Source: Alteromonas sp. (GTDB lineage: Bacteria; Margulisbacteria; Marinamargulisbacteria; UBA6595). From it: 64,000 nucleotides of DNA. The stretch spans positions 59,757 to 123,756 of the forward strand of contig CAXPTH010000006.1 in assembly GCA_964220215.1 (NCBI GenBank), written 5' to 3'. The first letter of the stretch is position 1. The number at the start of each line of letters is the position of its first letter. Shown piece after piece: positions 61,252 to 64,000 of the stretch. A program made the position numbers and the translations under genes. The notes beneath the pieces are model-generated. The model was not told where the DNA came from. It saw only the letters and a list, made by a program, of their open reading frames with translations, and did no database searches.

Positions 61252-62195
61252 GTGCAATGGCATCGATAGTTGTTATTGGGGATGTGATGTTGGACCAATA
61301 TTTCTATGGGGATGTGGAGCGTATATCGCCCGAAGCCCCGGTGCCGATTGTCACGCACCGATACAGTGATTATCGATTGGGCGGTGCCGCTAATGTGGCC
61401 CATAATGTTGTGGCCTTGGGTGGCCAGGCCCATTTGGTGGGCCGTGTGGGGGATGATGCCAATGGCGCCACGTTGCGTCAGGCGTTGGCGCAGCTAAATA
61501 TTCAGGATGCGTTGGTGTCTATGGCGTGCCCAACCATTAAAAAAGTTCGGATTATGGGCATGAAACAACAGTTGTTGCGCTTGGATATTGAGCAAAAAAC
61601 ACCCTTAACCGATGCTGAGCAAGCGGCCATACAGGCACGGATTCACGAGACGGTAGCGCGTGCCGGCGTGGTGGTTTTATCGGATTATGCTAAAGGGTTG
61701 TTGGGGGCGGATCTTTGTCAGGCGATTATTCAATCGTCGGGGGGGTGTCCGGTGATTGTGGACCCAAAAGTGTCCGATTGGCGAGCGTATTCTGGTGCGT
61801 ATATGATTACGCCTAATTTCAAAGAATTTGGGGCCGTCGTTCGCACCGTTTTGGGGGACTCGGATGCGCTGGAGAATACCGATTCGGTTATTGAAGCGTA
61901 CGGGCCTAAAATTCGGGAATATTATGGGCTAACGTATTTGTTGGTGACGCGGTCGGATCGGGGGATGTCGTTGGTGTGTGCGTCGGGCTGTTCCCATTTT
62001 CCGGTGGTGAGCGAGGCGGTTATTGATGTGTCTGGGGCTGGGGATACCGTTGTGGCCAGTTTGGCGGTGGGGTTGGCGCTGGGGCGCCCCATTCAGGAAT
62101 GTGTGCATATGGCCAATCGAGCAGCGATGTTGGTGGTCAAGAAAGTGGGCACCGCCGTGGTATCGGAATCTGAGCGAGCGGTGGTGCTGGGATGA
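61248..62195 (+). CDS. hldA: D-glycero-beta-D-manno-heptose-7-phosphate kinase (HldA/RfaE domain I)
   Basis: GDVMLDQY, RISPEAPVP, GGAANVA, SDYAKG, DVSGAGDT. Confidence 0.9.
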   Translation: MSAMASIVVIGDVMLDQYFYGDVERISPEAPVPIVTHRYSDYRLGGAANVAHNVVALGGQAHLVGRVGDDANGATLRQALAQLNIQDALVSMACPTIKKVRIMGMKQQLLRLDIEQKTPLTDAEQAAIQARIHETVARAGVVVLSDYAKGLLGADLCQAIIQSSGGCPVIVDPKVSDWRAYSGAYMITPNFKEFGAVVRTVLGDSDALENTDSVIEAYGPKIREYYGLTYLLVTRSDRGMSLVCASGCSHFPVVSEAVIDVSGAGDTVVASLAVGLALGRPIQECVHMANRAAMLVVKKVGTAVVSESERAVVLG

Positions 62196-63130
62196 TTGTT
62201 GTCACCGGTGGTGCGGGGTTTATTGGGAGTCAGTTAATTCGGCATTTGAATCAGCAAGGGATCACCGATATTTTGGTGGTGGACCGCATGGGAACCTCGG
62301 ACAAATACCGCAATTTAGTGGGGCTGTCATTTTCTGATTATGTGGATAAAGATACGTTTATTGAGCAGTTGGATTCCTTGGCAGCGGGGGCAAAAACGGT
62401 GTTTCATCAAGGGGCCTGTTCCAGCACGACAGAAACCGATGGTACGTACATGATGGCCAACAATTACACCTATTCCAAGCGACTCTTGGCGTGGTGCTTG
62501 GACAATACGGTGGATTTTTTGTATGCGTCTAGTGCCTCGGTGTATGGCAATGGCGAGCAGGGGTTTGGTGAGACTCCGGGTTCGGAGGCGCCGTTAAATG
62601 TGTATGGGTTTTCCAAATGGGTGTTTGATCAGCATGTGCGGGCGCAATTGGCCCAACAGCCGACGTCTCAAATTTTGGGCCTACGGTATTTTAATGTCTT
62701 TGGGCCTGGGGAAGGGCATAAAGGGACGATGGCATCGGTGGTGCACCATTTTTTTGAGCGGCTAAAAACGGATAAAACCTTGGCTCTATTTGAGGGTAGC
62801 CGGGAGTTTTTGCGGGATTTTATTTATATTGATGACGTGGTAGCGATTAATCAGTATTTTTATCAATCGCGACAATCTGGAATTGTGAATTGTGGAACAG
62901 GCACGGCCCGATCGTTTTATGATCTAGCGTGTGCCATGCAGGCCGTCATTCCCGAGGCACAGCTGGCCTTTATTCCATTTCCAGATCACTTGGTGGGCAA
63001 GTATCAGGCGTATACACAAGCGGATTGTACCCAATTGCGTGGTCTAGGGTGTTCGCATACCAGTTTGGCTATTGAATCCGCAGTCAAGCGCTATTATTAT
63101 CAGTTAACGCAAGGAGGCAATCATGGCTAG
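62192..63130 (+). CDS. hldD: ADP-glyceromanno-heptose 6-epimerase
   Basis: VTGGAGFIGS, HQGACSSTTE, PLNVYGFSK, KYQAYTQAD. Confidence 0.95.
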   Translation: MIVVTGGAGFIGSQLIRHLNQQGITDILVVDRMGTSDKYRNLVGLSFSDYVDKDTFIEQLDSLAAGAKTVFHQGACSSTTETDGTYMMANNYTYSKRLLAWCLDNTVDFLYASSASVYGNGEQGFGETPGSEAPLNVYGFSKWVFDQHVRAQLAQQPTSQILGLRYFNVFGPGEGHKGTMASVVHHFFERLKTDKTLALFEGSREFLRDFIYIDDVVAINQYFYQSRQSGIVNCGTGTARSFYDLACAMQAVIPEAQLAFIPFPDHLVGKYQAYTQADCTQLRGLGCSHTSLAIESAVKRYYYQLTQGGNHG

Positions 63131-64000
63131 TTCAGCAGTTTTAGACGCACAAGCAATTCAGTGGGATTTAACCGATTTGTTTTCTGGATTTGATGATCCT
63201 AAATTTTTGGCGCTTATTGAGTCAGCCCCTCAAACGGCTGAAGCGTTTGCGCAACGTTACCGGGGGCGCTTGTGTACGTTGTCGGGGGATGCGTTAGCCG
63301 AAGCTTTTCAAGCCTTAGAAGTGTGCTTGATTCCGTTGTATGAGGCGAGTCAATTTGTCCATTTGCAATTTTCGATTGATACCGCCAATACAGAGATTCA
63401 GCATTGGGTTCAAACCATGGATGAATTGGAAACAGTGGTCCAGAATCACAGTTTGTTTTTTAATTTGGAGCTGGGTACGTTAACCGAGGCGCAATGCGAG
63501 GCCTTATTGGCCGAGTCATCGGCGTTGACGGTGTATGCGTATACGTTGCGGCGTATTGTGCGCAATGCGCAGTATTATTTGACGGAGGCGGAGGAAAAAA
63601 TTGTTAATTTAAAAACTATTAACGGGGCTCAGGCCTTTGAAAACTTATACAATGAGCTAACCGCATCCTTTCAATTTACAGTCACTGTGGATGGGGAAGA
63701 AAAAACGATGAATGGGGCGCAGTTGCGTGCCTTGAGACAACATGCCGATCCAGCGGTTCGCAACACAGCCATGCGATTGTTTTTTGAGCGATACGAAACC
63801 CATGCCATTCCCCTAAGCAAAAGTTTTTTAGCCATTATCAAAGATTCGGTACAAAGCTGCCAGTTGCGGGGCTATGCCTCGCCCATCGACGTGATGAATC
63901 AACGCAATGATTTACCGACTAAAGTGGTCGATAACTTGCATGCAGTGACCCAGGCTTCCAATACCTTGGTGCAGCGGTATTATCGGTTGAAAAAGAAAAT
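63123..64000 (+). CDS. M3 family oligoendopeptidase (PepF-like), truncated by window end
   Basis: Hand translation MASSAVLDAQAIQWDLTDLFSG...LFFNLE...LTEAEEKI...QRYYRLK; RBS aggagg. Confidence 0.8.
   Translation, partial: MASSAVLDAQAIQWDLTDLFSGFDDPKFLALIESAPQTAEAFAQRYRGRLCTLSGDALAEAFQALEVCLIPLYEASQFVHLQFSIDTANTEIQHWVQTMDELETVVQNHSLFFNLELGTLTEAQCEALLAESSALTVYAYTLRRIVRNAQYYLTEAEEKIVNLKTINGAQAFENLYNELTASFQFTVTVDGEEKTMNGAQLRALRQHADPAVRNTAMRLFFERYETHAIPLSKSFLAIIKDSVQSCQLRGYASPIDVMNQRNDLPTKVVDNLHAVTQASNTLVQRYYRLKKK

Overview
Chromosomal window from a diderm bacterium (it carries LPS heptose genes hldA/hldD; a Margulisbacteria-like origin is only a tentative impression). Most of it is housekeeping: pabB, lepA, panC, topA, rsbV/W, rpmE-prfA-prmC, iscS-like, dusB, tRNA-Thr, xth-nth-recN-glmS-aroK, ctpA, trpS-glyA-pheA-serS, folB-lysA-ilvA, hisC, gcvT-hldA-hldD-pepF. 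It also holds a 12-gene sulfur-assimilation operon with a ThiS-like carrier, E1 enzyme, JAMM protease and MetY (HcyS-type thiocarboxylate route to homocysteine), a decayed type I R-M locus with an intact RhuM gene, an AT-rich three-gene Lamassu/ABC-3C defence island, and a duplicated REPIN-like element. The most striking signal is a scattered set of orphan genes with eukaryote-like features. These are an unannotated 53-aa ORF ending in a CaaX box (CVIS), two paralogous membrane-anchored degenerate RING/U-box proteins (one interrupted by two copies of a 70-aa module), a ubiquitin-like ORF and DUF4116-repeat proteins. Together they may form a host-manipulation repertoire (inference). All family calls come from motif recognition by eye; no database searches were run.
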